A stretch of DNA of 34,829 bases from Flavobacterium sp. (GCA_015478765.1 JADMKR010000070.1:1-34829); one strand, 5' to 3'. Counted from the first letter of the stretch, positions 1-9,250 are shown. The notes: a model not told the origin generated them from the sequence alone. Program-made: numbers and translations.

Positions 1-945
1 TTAGGAGCCGGACATTTAGGAAAGATACATTTGCGATTACTGCAGCAGTCAGAAAAATATGAACTTGTGGGCTTTTACGACCCCAATCAGGAACACGCTG
101 AAAAGGTAGCCAGGGAATTTGGATATAAAAATTTCAATACTATTGCAACTTTGATCCATGCCGTTGACGTAGTAGATATCGTAACGCCTACTCTTTCGCA
201 TTATAAATGTGCGAAAGTTTCGATAAAATCCGGCAAACATGTTTTTATAGAAAAACCGATCTCAAACACCGTGGAAGAAGCCGAAGAAATTATCGCGCTT
301 GCCAACGAATTTAATGTCAAAGGCCAGGTTGGTCATGTCGAGCGATTTAACCCCGCATTCAAGGCAGTCCAGGGAATGATCGATAATCCGATGTTTATCG
401 AAACACACCGATTGGCCGAATTCAACCCTCGGGGCACCGATGTTCCCGTGGTTTTAGACCTGATGATACACGATATAGATGCTATATTGAGCGTGGTTCA
501 TTCGCCGGTGAAAAATATTCATGCAAGCGGTGTTTCGGTAATTTCAGATACGCCTGATATAGCAAACGCGCGGATAGAATTTGAAAACGGATGTGTAGCC
601 AATTTGACTGCCAGCCGAATCTCACTCAAAAACATGCGAAAAAGCCGATTCTTTCAGAAAGACGCCTACATATCGGTCGATTTTCTGGAGAAAAAATGTG
701 AAGTCGTACGCATGAAGGATGCGCCTGAAAATCCGGGTGATTTCGATATGATCCTCCAAAATGCCGAAGGCACCAAAAAGCAGATATACTTTGCCAACCC
801 TGAGGTAGCTCAGAATAATGCCATATTGGAAGAACTGGAAACTTTTGCCGATGCAATTAACAACGGCAAGCATCCGGTCGTAACGCTCGAACACGGAACG
901 GAAGCGCTGCGAATTGCTCATCAAATCATCAGTTGCTTTAAATAA
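1..945 (+). CDS. Gfo/Idh/MocA family NAD-dependent oxidoreductase (GnnA/WlbA-like), 5' end outside window
   Basis: Frame is open from base 1 (LGAGHLGKIH, Rossmann GxGxxG), so the ORF-track start at 31 is not the true start. Motifs EKP, GHVERFNP and DLMIHDID. Confidence 0.9.
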   Translation, partial: LGAGHLGKIHLRLLQQSEKYELVGFYDPNQEHAEKVAREFGYKNFNTIATLIHAVDVVDIVTPTLSHYKCAKVSIKSGKHVFIEKPISNTVEEAEEIIALANEFNVKGQVGHVERFNPAFKAVQGMIDNPMFIETHRLAEFNPRGTDVPVVLDLMIHDIDAILSVVHSPVKNIHASGVSVISDTPDIANARIEFENGCVANLTASRISLKNMRKSRFFQKDAYISVDFLEKKCEVVRMKDAPENPGDFDMILQNAEGTKKQIYFANPEVAQNNAILEELETFADAINNGKHPVVTLEHGTEALRIAHQIISCFK

Positions 946-950
946 AACAT

Positions 951-969
951 CAAACAAACAACAAACAAA
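951..969 (+). repeat. Short CAAA/CAA low-complexity tract in the translation initiation region of the next gene
   Basis: CAAACAAACAACAAACAAA lies just upstream of ATG 975; no SD sequence. Confidence 0.6.
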
Positions 970-974
970 TCCAT

Positions 975-1862
975 ATGAAGAATATTGCCGTTATAGGAGC
1001 CGGAACAATGGGCAACGGAATTGCACACACTTTTGCACAAAGCGGTTTTACCGTGAAATTAATTGATGTTTCCGAGAAATCGATCGAAAGAGGAATGGCG
1101 ACTATTGCGCAGAACCTGGAAAGAATGGTTTCAAAAGGGACTGTTTCAGATGAAGAAAGAAAAAAAACAATCGGCAACATCATCACTTACACCGATTTGA
1201 AAGACGGCGTTTCAGGAGTGGATCTTGTAATTGAAGCCGCGACAGAAAACGTTGATCTTAAGCTTTCTATATTTCGTCAGTTGAACGAATTTTGTAATTC
1301 CGATACGATATTGGCTACCAATACATCATCGATTTCAATAACCCAAATTGGCGCGGTTGTCGATCATCCGGAGCGTGTCATTGGAATGCATTTCATGAAT
1401 CCGGTGCCAATCATGAAACTGGTCGAAATTATCCGCGGTTACAACACGTCGAATGAGGTTACCCAGACCATTATGACATTGTCGGAAAAACTGTCAAAAG
1501 TACCTGTTGAAGTCAACGATTACCCGGGTTTTGTGGCTAATCGGATACTGATGCCGATGATCAACGAATCGATCGAAACTCTGTACAACGGCGTGGCAGG
1601 CGTGTACGAAATAGACACTGTGATGAAATTGGGAATGGCGCATCCGATGGGCCCGCTTCAGTTAGCCGACTTCATCGGACTGGACGTATGCCTTGCCATA
1701 TTGAACGTGATGCACGACGGTTTCAAAAATCCGAAATATGCACCGTGCCCGTTATTGGTCAATATGGTGCGCGCCGGGAAATTAGGTATTAAATCGGGTG
1801 AAGGTTTTTACGATTATTCGGCTGGTAAAAAAGCAGAAATCGTAGCAAGACAATTCGCATAA
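975..1862 (+). CDS. hbd: 3-hydroxybutyryl-CoA / 3-hydroxyacyl-CoA dehydrogenase
   Basis: VIGAGTMGNGIA, EAATEN, NTSSISIT, GMHFMNP, PGFVANR, HPMGP, GIKSGEGFYDY. Confidence 0.93.
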   Translation: MKNIAVIGAGTMGNGIAHTFAQSGFTVKLIDVSEKSIERGMATIAQNLERMVSKGTVSDEERKKTIGNIITYTDLKDGVSGVDLVIEAATENVDLKLSIFRQLNEFCNSDTILATNTSSISITQIGAVVDHPERVIGMHFMNPVPIMKLVEIIRGYNTSNEVTQTIMTLSEKLSKVPVEVNDYPGFVANRILMPMINESIETLYNGVAGVYEIDTVMKLGMAHPMGPLQLADFIGLDVCLAILNVMHDGFKNPKYAPCPLLVNMVRAGKLGIKSGEGFYDYSAGKKAEIVARQFA

Positions 1863-1878
1863 AAATCTGTTCATTATA

Positions 1879-3102
1879 ATGGCGCAAATCGTTCCTTTTA
1901 GGGCTGTCAGGCCTTCCGGTGATAAAGTCAGCCTGGTTACATCAAGATCGTACGACGAATATTCGCCAGCAGAACTTGCCTCGCAACTCGACTTCAACCC
2001 TTTTTCTTTTCTTCATGTCTTGAATCCCGCCTATGTCAATCAGCAAAAAGCCGGATTGGAGAAGCGCTTTAAATTGGTTGCCCAAAAATATCACGATTTT
2101 AAAGCAGATGATGTTTTGATAAAGGAAGAGCAACCAGCCTTTTACGTCTATCATATCGAGTCGCGCACCAATACGTTCACCGGCATAATCGCTGCGACGT
2201 CGCTTGAGGATTATCGCAATAACGTAATAAAAAAGCACGAAGACACGATGCAATATCGGGTCGAACTCTTCAAGGATTACCTGCACCAAACAGGTTTCAA
2301 TACCGAACCGGTGCTTATTGCTTATCCCGATGACGACCAGGTGACAAATTGGATTCAAAAAACCATGGAAGCCGCTCCGCTATACGATTTTTCGACTACC
2401 AAGCGGGAAAGGCATACATTGTGGAAAGTAAGCTTAGAGTCGGAAATTGCGTGGCTTCAGGAGAAATTCAACAGTTTGGGCGAATTGTACATTGCCGATG
2501 GCCATCATAGGTCGGCATCCGCCGAACGACTATACGAACAGGATAAGGCAACGGGCAATTCCAACCTGAATTATTTCATGAGTTTCCTGACCGCGGAAAG
2601 CAATATCAAAATCTATGAATACAATAGGATTATCAGGGACCTGAATGGTCACTCGCAACAAGAATTCCTCGACTTGCTCTCGGAACATTTCTGGATCAAA
2701 AACAAAGATCAGGAACTGTGGAAACCCACCAAAAAATATGAATTCGGAATGTATCTGTCTGGTGCTTTCTATGCATTGATTTTAAAAGACAGCAACAACT
2801 TCAGTTCAGTTCAGGAAGGTCTGGATGCACAGATCCTCTATTCAAAGGTTCTTGAGCCCATCTTGGGAATTCACGATTTGCGCAGCGATGAGCGCATTGA
2901 ATATATACCTGGAAAACAATCGATAATTACAATAAAGGAAGTCGTGGACGAAGGCGAATTCGAAGTAGGATTTATGTTGTTTCCTGCCAATATCTCGGAA
3001 ATCAAAACCCTGGCCGACAACAATTTGATCATGCCGCCAAAAAGCACTTATATCGACCCAAAATTCAGAAGTGGCCTGATAATTTACGAACTTCAAGATT
3101 AG
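1879..3102 (+). CDS. DUF1015 family protein
   Basis: N-terminal PFRAVRP, KKHEDT, YIADGHHR, C-terminal MPPKSTYIDPKFRSGL; 407 aa. Confidence 0.88.
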   Translation: MAQIVPFRAVRPSGDKVSLVTSRSYDEYSPAELASQLDFNPFSFLHVLNPAYVNQQKAGLEKRFKLVAQKYHDFKADDVLIKEEQPAFYVYHIESRTNTFTGIIAATSLEDYRNNVIKKHEDTMQYRVELFKDYLHQTGFNTEPVLIAYPDDDQVTNWIQKTMEAAPLYDFSTTKRERHTLWKVSLESEIAWLQEKFNSLGELYIADGHHRSASAERLYEQDKATGNSNLNYFMSFLTAESNIKIYEYNRIIRDLNGHSQQEFLDLLSEHFWIKNKDQELWKPTKKYEFGMYLSGAFYALILKDSNNFSSVQEGLDAQILYSKVLEPILGIHDLRSDERIEYIPGKQSIITIKEVVDEGEFEVGFMLFPANISEIKTLADNNLIMPPKSTYIDPKFRSGLIIYELQD

Positions 3103-3104
3103 CT

Positions 3105-3776
3105 ATGTCAATACACGAAAATTTGCTTTCAATCAAAAATTACCTACCAAAAACGGTAACCTTGGTGGCGATTTCCAAAACCAAGCCTGTATCTGATTTG
3201 CTCGAAGCTTATAACTCGGGCCAACGTGATTTCGGCGAGAACAAGATTCAGGAGATGGTCCAGAAATGGGAACAATTGCCAAAAGACATACAATGGCATA
3301 TGGTAGGCCATGTCCAAACCAACAAGGTAAAAATGATGGCGCCGTTCGTACACCTGATTCACGGTGTCGATAGTGTGAAACTCTTGCAGGAAATCAACAA
3401 ACAAGCTGAAAAACACGATCGGGTGATTGATTGCCTGCTTCAGGTACACATTGCTGAAGAAGAAACCAAATTCGGGTTTGATCGAAGCGAATTAATTGCC
3501 ATGTTGGATTCGGATGAATTTAAGATGCTTCATAACATTCGCGTATGCGGACTGATGGGCATGGCGACCTTCACCAACAGTGAACAACAAATTCAAAAAG
3601 AATTCCTTTCGCTAAAGGCTCTTTTCGATGAATTGTCGCAACGGCCCCAGACTGAAAATTTTGCCATGCATACACTCTCCATGGGAATGTCTGGTGATTA
3701 TAAAATCGCAATACGATGTGGCAGCACAATGGTACGCATTGGAAGCAGTATCTTTGGCGAACGCAATTCGGCATAA
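3105..3776 (+). CDS. yggS: YggS/PLPBP pyridoxal-phosphate homeostasis protein
   Basis: AISKTK (PLP lysine), FGENKIQE, WHMVGHVQTNK, LSMGMSGDY, GSTMVRIGSSIFG. Confidence 0.95.
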   Translation: MSIHENLLSIKNYLPKTVTLVAISKTKPVSDLLEAYNSGQRDFGENKIQEMVQKWEQLPKDIQWHMVGHVQTNKVKMMAPFVHLIHGVDSVKLLQEINKQAEKHDRVIDCLLQVHIAEEETKFGFDRSELIAMLDSDEFKMLHNIRVCGLMGMATFTNSEQQIQKEFLSLKALFDELSQRPQTENFAMHTLSMGMSGDYKIAIRCGSTMVRIGSSIFGERNSA

Positions 3777-3830
3777 AATTATTAATATGCATTTTAAATC
3801 AGCATTCATCCAATCTTTTCCGCTTAACTG

Positions 3831-5192
3831 ATGTACGCCATTCTCGACATAGAAACTACCGGCGGACAATTCAATGAGGAAGGCATTACCGAAATAGCGA
3901 TCTATCGTTATGACGGACATGAAGTAGTCGACCAATTTATCAGCCTGGTCAATCCCGAAATCCCGATTCAGCCGTTCGTGGTTAAATTGACGGGCATCAA
4001 TAACGCCATGCTGCGGACCGCGCCCAAATTCCACGAAGTGGCAAAACGCATAATCGAAATCACCTCCGATTGTATTTTAGTAGCTCACAATGCATCATTC
4101 GATTATAGGATATTGCGTACTGAATTCCGCCGACTGGGATATGATTTCCAAACGCCAACACTTTGTACCGTCGAACTGGCGCAAAAACTTATTCCTGAGC
4201 AACCCTCCTACAGCCTGGGAAAACTGGTTCGTGCGTTGGGAATCCCAATGGCCGACAGGCATCGCGCAGGTGGTGATGCATTGGCTACGGTAAAGTTATT
4301 TAAAATGCTGTTTGACAAGGATATAGAGAAAACTATCCTGAAGCAATTCATCAAAACTGAAGTCGAAAAAGGACTGACTCCCAAACTATTGGATATAGTC
4401 GATAAATTACCATCGCGGACCGGCATCTATTATATACATAACGAAGGCGGTGAGATAATTTTTATTGGGCGAAGCCGGAATATAAAAAAACGCGTAAATC
4501 AACATTTCACCGGATCGGCGCCAAAATGCAAAAAGATCCAGTCATTAGTTTTTGCCGTCACCTATGAAGAAACCGGCAGCGAATTGATCGCTCAGTTAAA
4601 AGAAATCGAAGAAATCAATATCAACCGCCCGATGATGAACAAAGCTCCGGCCCGTATAATAAGCGGATGGGGCGTTTACTCGGAGCCAGACGCAAATGGC
4701 TATCTGAATTTAAAGGTTCGAAAAGGAAACCGCAACGACAATCGCATCGTATCCTTTGCAACATTCGGTGAAGCGCAACTCAAATTGGCCGAAATAGGTA
4801 AAAAATTCGATCTCTGCCAAAAATTAACCGGCTTGTACGATTCGGATGAGCATTGCCACCTTTACACAAAAAATCTTTGTGACGGCGCCTGTATAGGAGA
4901 AATCAGCTCTGAAGAATATAATCTCCGCGTTTTGCAAATGCAGCACGAATTGTCCTTTTACGGCCGCGACATAGTCTTGCTGGATCGAGGTAGGAATTAT
5001 GCCGAGCGAAGTGCGATCCTGATCGAGAACGGACGCTATGTGGGCTATACATTCTTTGATCTCAATTATCAGGTGACCAACGTGTCGGTGCTACGGAATA
5101 TCATCGCCCCTACCCGATTACAGGATAATTTGATACCCTTGATTCAAAGCTATTTCCATAAAAGTAAATCGGCTAAACTTCTTCATTTGTAA
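3831..5192 (+). CDS. DEDDh (DnaQ/epsilon-like) 3'-5' exonuclease fused to UvrC/Cho-like GIY-YIG domain and Cys cluster
   Basis: DIETTG, AHNASFD and HRAGGDA (DEDDh); LPSRTGIYY...IFIGRSRNIKKRV; C-x13-C-x7-C-x3-C cluster (LCQK...HCHL...LCDGAC). Confidence 0.88.
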   Translation: MYAILDIETTGGQFNEEGITEIAIYRYDGHEVVDQFISLVNPEIPIQPFVVKLTGINNAMLRTAPKFHEVAKRIIEITSDCILVAHNASFDYRILRTEFRRLGYDFQTPTLCTVELAQKLIPEQPSYSLGKLVRALGIPMADRHRAGGDALATVKLFKMLFDKDIEKTILKQFIKTEVEKGLTPKLLDIVDKLPSRTGIYYIHNEGGEIIFIGRSRNIKKRVNQHFTGSAPKCKKIQSLVFAVTYEETGSELIAQLKEIEEININRPMMNKAPARIISGWGVYSEPDANGYLNLKVRKGNRNDNRIVSFATFGEAQLKLAEIGKKFDLCQKLTGLYDSDEHCHLYTKNLCDGACIGEISSEEYNLRVLQMQHELSFYGRDIVLLDRGRNYAERSAILIENGRYVGYTFFDLNYQVTNVSVLRNIIAPTRLQDNLIPLIQSYFHKSKSAKLLHL

Positions 5193-5214
5193 TATTAAAA
5201 TAGTACTTTTCGAC

Positions 5215-6048
5215 ATGAAGCAGTATAAATCGCAAAGCGACCTTCTAAAACAGCGCATTAACATCATCATTCACGGTGTTAACACGCCTGCCGGCAAGCT
5301 TTTCGACATTATCCTACTTGGCGTAATCCTGCTGAGCGTCCTGCTGGTAATGCTTGAGAGCGTGGAGCACCTCGACAAAAAATATCATGGATTCCTGGTG
5401 CTATCCGAGTGGATTATTACCATTTTCTTCTCAATAGAGTACGCTTTGCGCATTTATTCCAGCCGGAAACCCTGGAAATACATCACCAGTTTTTACGGGA
5501 TTATCGACCTGATTTCGATTCTTCCGATGTATTTATCATTCTTTCTTCCAGGATCCAAAATTCTGTCGGTCGTTCGCGCCTTACGCCTTTTGCGATTATT
5601 CCGAATCTTAAATTTGGTGCAGTTCACAGGCCAGGCCTCGCAGTTACGCTTGGCGATCAATGCAAGCCGTACAAAAATCATCGTATTTATTTATTTCGTA
5701 TTCATAATTTCCATATTACTCGGCGCCGTTATGTACGTTGTCGAGGGTGAAGAAGGCGGATTTACAAGCATTCCCACAAGTATTTACTGGTGTATTGTCA
5801 CCCTGACTACCGTCGGTTATGGCGATATAACGCCCATCACTACAGTAGGAAAAATCATCGCATCTTTTATCATGATTCTCGGTTACGGGATTATCGCAGT
5901 ACCAACAGGCATTGTAACGGCCGAATTGGCGAGCAGTAAAAAGAACAAATTGTTGCCCGACAGCTGTCCGAAGTGCGACACGCGTGATCACAGGAATACG
6001 GCTGAGTTTTGTTATAAATGTGGCAGTAGCCTGGAATTGCAGCAGTAG
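5215..6048 (+). CDS. Voltage-gated potassium channel-like ion transporter with C-terminal zinc ribbon
   Basis: Six hydrophobic segments, S4-like RALRLLRLFRIL, selectivity filter TTVGYGD, CPKC...CYKC tail. Confidence 0.92.
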   Translation: MKQYKSQSDLLKQRINIIIHGVNTPAGKLFDIILLGVILLSVLLVMLESVEHLDKKYHGFLVLSEWIITIFFSIEYALRIYSSRKPWKYITSFYGIIDLISILPMYLSFFLPGSKILSVVRALRLLRLFRILNLVQFTGQASQLRLAINASRTKIIVFIYFVFIISILLGAVMYVVEGEEGGFTSIPTSIYWCIVTLTTVGYGDITPITTVGKIIASFIMILGYGIIAVPTGIVTAELASSKKNKLLPDSCPKCDTRDHRNTAEFCYKCGSSLELQQ

Positions 6049-6185
6049 CCATATCCCGCCATTCACTGCAACTCCTCGCGCTTCAGCTCGCTTTTGCACG
6101 GCAATGCAGGAGCTTCCTCCAGTCGCTCTGCTTTCCCGGCAAAACCGGCTTCAGCGCTCCGGGGTTTTCGCTGCTGTCGGGGCTA
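6046..6185. repeat. GC-rich long imperfect hairpin; putative REP/MITE-like interspersed element or structured RNA
   Basis: Nested pairings: AACTCC 6070-75/GGGGTT 6161-66; GCGCT 6078-82/AGCGC 6153-57; AGC 6085-87/GCT 6148-50; TTTTGC 6092-97/GCAAAA 6139-44; CGG 6099-6101/CCG 6136-38; GCA-GAGC 6106-13/GCTC-TGC 6125-31. Ends TAGCC...GGCTA. Confidence 0.65.
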
Positions 6186-6196
6186 AATAATCAACT

Positions 6197-7135
6197 ATGA
6201 AGTATTTAATAACCGTTATCGGTCCTACAGCCATTGGAAAAACCACGTTGAGTATCAAGCTCGCGCAGCATTTTGGCTGCGAAATCATATCTGCTGATTC
6301 CCGACAGTTCTACCGCGAAATGTCGGTTGGAACCGCGGTGCCCGATCCTGAAGAACTGGCTTCGGCAAAACATCATTTCATCCAGCATAAATCGATTTTC
6401 GATACTTATAATGTAGGTGATTTTGAGAAAGATGCCATCAGCAAACTCGACGAGTTATTTTCCCGCAACGATTATGCGGTAATGGTTGGTGGCTCAGGAT
6501 TGTATATCGACGCTATATTGAATGGGTTGGACAGTTTCCCGGATGTTCCTGCTGCAATTCGGGAATTGGTGCGCGGGAATTATGAAAAACAAGGCTTGTC
6601 CTATTTAGCATCGGAATTTGAAAAGCATGACCCGGCGTATCATCGCCAACTATTATCAGACAATCCGCAAACCCTGCAGAACCCACACCGCCTGATGCGC
6701 TTCGTCGAAGTGTCCATCGCCAGCGGGCGTCCGTATTCAAGCTATCTGAACCAAAAACAAACTCCGAGAAATTTTATTCCGGTAATCATCGGCCTGGAAG
6801 CCGACCGCGATTTGATGTACAGCCATATAAATGAACGCGTCGATCGAATGATCAGCAACGGATTGATAAACGAAGCAAAATCGGTTTATACCTACAAAGA
6901 TTTAAACGCGTTGCAGACAGTTGGTTACCGCGAATTGTTCGATCACTTTGATGGTAAAACCACCATTGAATTTGCGGTTTCCGAAATTAAGAAAAACACC
7001 CGGCGCTTTGCAAAACGCCAACTTACATGGTTTAAACGCAAAGCCAACGCAGCTTGGTTTGACGCAGCAACCGATCTAACCCAAATCACCCAATATATTG
7101 ACGAATTCATCGATAACCGTAAGCAACTATTTTAA
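6197..7135 (+). CDS. miaA: tRNA dimethylallyltransferase
   Basis: GPTAIGKT P-loop, SADSRQFY, VGGSGLY, QTVGYRE, TRRFAKRQLTWF. Confidence 0.96.
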   Translation: MKYLITVIGPTAIGKTTLSIKLAQHFGCEIISADSRQFYREMSVGTAVPDPEELASAKHHFIQHKSIFDTYNVGDFEKDAISKLDELFSRNDYAVMVGGSGLYIDAILNGLDSFPDVPAAIRELVRGNYEKQGLSYLASEFEKHDPAYHRQLLSDNPQTLQNPHRLMRFVEVSIASGRPYSSYLNQKQTPRNFIPVIIGLEADRDLMYSHINERVDRMISNGLINEAKSVYTYKDLNALQTVGYRELFDHFDGKTTIEFAVSEIKKNTRRFAKRQLTWFKRKANAAWFDAATDLTQITQYIDEFIDNRKQLF

Positions 7136-7164
7136 CTACTACGTATCTACCTCAAAACTACACT

Positions 7165-7806
7165 ATGAAAAAACTATTAATTGCACTTATTCTCCCACTG
7201 CTTGTGTCTTGCGAACTAACATACGACGCTGAAACACGGATGGTTTTTGAGACCACATTGCTGGACAGTGACGGGAACCCACTTGAAAATATCGAAGTAG
7301 CAGTCGAGGCGAGGAATTCTACTGATACTGAAGTCATCTCGAAAGGTCGAACTGGCATCGATGGTAAAATACTACTGATTTTCCCAATGCCCGATGGGAC
7401 TATGGACGTGCTGATTAATGATTATTACGGGCAGGCTCCGAATGAATTCCAGCGAAAAAAACTTCGGAATTTGCACGAAGATGATTTCGTCAATTACAAA
7501 TACTCCTATACACCGTTGGTGTTGTTCAGACCCTCTGAGATTACAAACCTGAATCTGTCTTATGAAAATGTTTCATTTCAATACTCAAGTGTACGCGATG
7601 TTTATATTTCGGGAGACGATCCAGCATACGAGATCGATTTCAACCCTGATTACGAGTATGACTTGATGCCATACCAACTTCAAGTGATCAAAAACAGCAA
7701 CATCCTTCTCCACTATACGCTGGTTGGAGTCGATGGTTCGGAAACACCTGTCAATGCGCCGTTGAGTATTGGCGAGGAAAGTATCAACTATACAATCACT
7801 TACTAG
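7165..7806 (+). CDS. Hypothetical lipoprotein (beta-rich, carboxypeptidase-regulatory-like N-terminal segment)
   Basis: MKKLLIALILPLLVSC lipobox, acidic residues after the Cys, LLDSDGNPLENIEV segment. Confidence 0.75.
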   Translation: MKKLLIALILPLLVSCELTYDAETRMVFETTLLDSDGNPLENIEVAVEARNSTDTEVISKGRTGIDGKILLIFPMPDGTMDVLINDYYGQAPNEFQRKKLRNLHEDDFVNYKYSYTPLVLFRPSEITNLNLSYENVSFQYSSVRDVYISGDDPAYEIDFNPDYEYDLMPYQLQVIKNSNILLHYTLVGVDGSETPVNAPLSIGEESINYTITY

Positions 7807-7810
7807 AAAT

Positions 7811-8413
7811 ATGAAATATATTACAATCGCACTATTTTTAATGTCAGCCATAATGACAGCGCAGGAAATCGAGGAGAAAAAGACATTTGAATTCGCGCCG
7901 AAAGCCCGGATTTATGCAATCTCTTCGCTGAATTTTGGAGACAACCAATTAGCCGATGCTTACGGGACCAATTACGGCATCGGTACAAGTCTTAGTTTCT
8001 TTTCGCTTGCCAATTTCCGACCTGCCTTGAATTACGAATTGTCACGTTACCAAATAGTGAAACCGGAACTGACCAGGGCTACAGGCAACAGCAGTACTTT
8101 TTGGTCGGTCTTTGGTACGGTGGCTTATGACATTCCGATAACCAAAGAGGTTATCATCGCGCCCGATTTTGGGATTGGATACTCACAACTGACATTGGGA
8201 GCGGGAAAAACGCGCTTTGGAAATCAGGGGGGTACACAATTTCGAGCCGGGCTTTCCACCAATTATAAATTTGCAAGTGCCGCCGCAGTTTTTGTGGGTG
8301 TACATTATATTTATACCACTTTACAAGTTAGTACCCATCCCGATTTCGAAAGCTACTACAATCATGGGCAGCAAATTCAGTTCGCTATTGGTTTTCAATT
8401 CGGAAAGAAATAG
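7811..8413 (+). CDS. Putative small outer-membrane beta-barrel protein
   Basis: Start reassigned to ATG 7811 (MKYITIALFLMSAIMTAQ signal peptide); alternating aromatic/Gly strands; C-terminal QFAIGFQF. Confidence 0.72.
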   Translation: MKYITIALFLMSAIMTAQEIEEKKTFEFAPKARIYAISSLNFGDNQLADAYGTNYGIGTSLSFFSLANFRPALNYELSRYQIVKPELTRATGNSSTFWSVFGTVAYDIPITKEVIIAPDFGIGYSQLTLGAGKTRFGNQGGTQFRAGLSTNYKFASAAAVFVGVHYIYTTLQVSTHPDFESYYNHGQQIQFAIGFQFGKK

Positions 8414-8416
8414 ATT

Positions 8417-9160
8417 ATGCCTGTATCCCCAAACTTTAAATCGGTTCATACCTCGAATTTCACCGTCTGCTTTACTCAGTGCACACCACAAGGTTACCTG
8501 AAATACACCGAATTGTGCAATTTGCTTCAAATAACCGCGGCCGCTCATGCCGATTCGGGTGGCATTAGTTTCACCGACCTGCAGCATGCCGATCAAGCTT
8601 GGGTCCTGAGCCGGATGCGGGTGGAGATTTCGGAATTGCCCAAATGGCGCGACTCGATTTCGGTTAAAACATGGATCGTCAGCATGGAAAATTCACGATC
8701 GGTCAGGGCACTCGAAGTATGGTGCGGCGACAAAAAAATAATTGGTTGTGAAACGTTTTGGGCTATATTCAACACCAAATCGCGCCGGCCGGAACAGCTA
8801 TCGCTTCCCTATCATCACTTCGAATTGTTTGCAGCACGGTTCGCCACAACTCAGCGCGTGTCAAAAGTATCGTTACCTCCCGACTTAGTTCCGTGCGGGG
8901 ATCACACCGTTGTTTTATCCGATTTGGATATTGTCAACCACGCCAACCATATCAAGTACCTGGAGTGGTGTCTGGATCATTCGGATCCCTGCATTGTTTT
9001 TCAGCGTAAAATCACATCTTTCGATATGAATTTCATGAAAGAACTCATGTTTGGTGACCGTGTTGTAATATTGGCAACTGCACACGACAGAGATTACACA
9101 TTCGCTCTTCAAAAAGAAGGTAAGAATTGCTTTCTGCTTCGATTAACGACGGAAGATTAG
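8417..9160 (+). CDS. Acyl-ACP thioesterase (FatA/B-like double hot-dog)
   Basis: AWVLSRMRVEISELPKW, VKTW, SDLDIVNHANHIKYLEW. Confidence 0.88.
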   Translation: MPVSPNFKSVHTSNFTVCFTQCTPQGYLKYTELCNLLQITAAAHADSGGISFTDLQHADQAWVLSRMRVEISELPKWRDSISVKTWIVSMENSRSVRALEVWCGDKKIIGCETFWAIFNTKSRRPEQLSLPYHHFELFAARFATTQRVSKVSLPPDLVPCGDHTVVLSDLDIVNHANHIKYLEWCLDHSDPCIVFQRKITSFDMNFMKELMFGDRVVILATAHDRDYTFALQKEGKNCFLLRLTTED

Positions 9161-9202
9161 CCCTGAATGTTCCTGCAATCGGGCCACGCAAAAAGAAAGT
9201 AT

Positions 9203-9234
9203 AAAAAAAGCCTCCAAATAATTGGAGGCTCTTT
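9203..9234. terminator. Intrinsic terminator between convergent thioesterase and rprY (best U-tract on - strand; possibly bidirectional)
   Basis: AGCCTCCAA (9209-17) ATAA TTGGAGGCT (9222-30), A7 on the left, CTTT on the right. Confidence 0.85.
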
Positions 9235-9250
9235 CGCATACTGTAATTTT

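Noticed and set aside
6023-6050. 9-bp direct repeat GCAGTAGCC (6023-31, 6042-50) as a target-site duplication
   Set aside because: Both copies lie on the same side of the element, so they do not flank it.
5984-6190. 68-aa ORF spanning the hairpin element
   Set aside because: Overlaps the channel gene out of frame, has no recognisable features, and GC-rich palindromic DNA is often stop-poor.
9158-9186. TAGCCCTGA...TCGGGCC weak hairpin resembling the end of the 6046-6185 element
   Set aside because: Match is too short (TAGCCC) to support homology.
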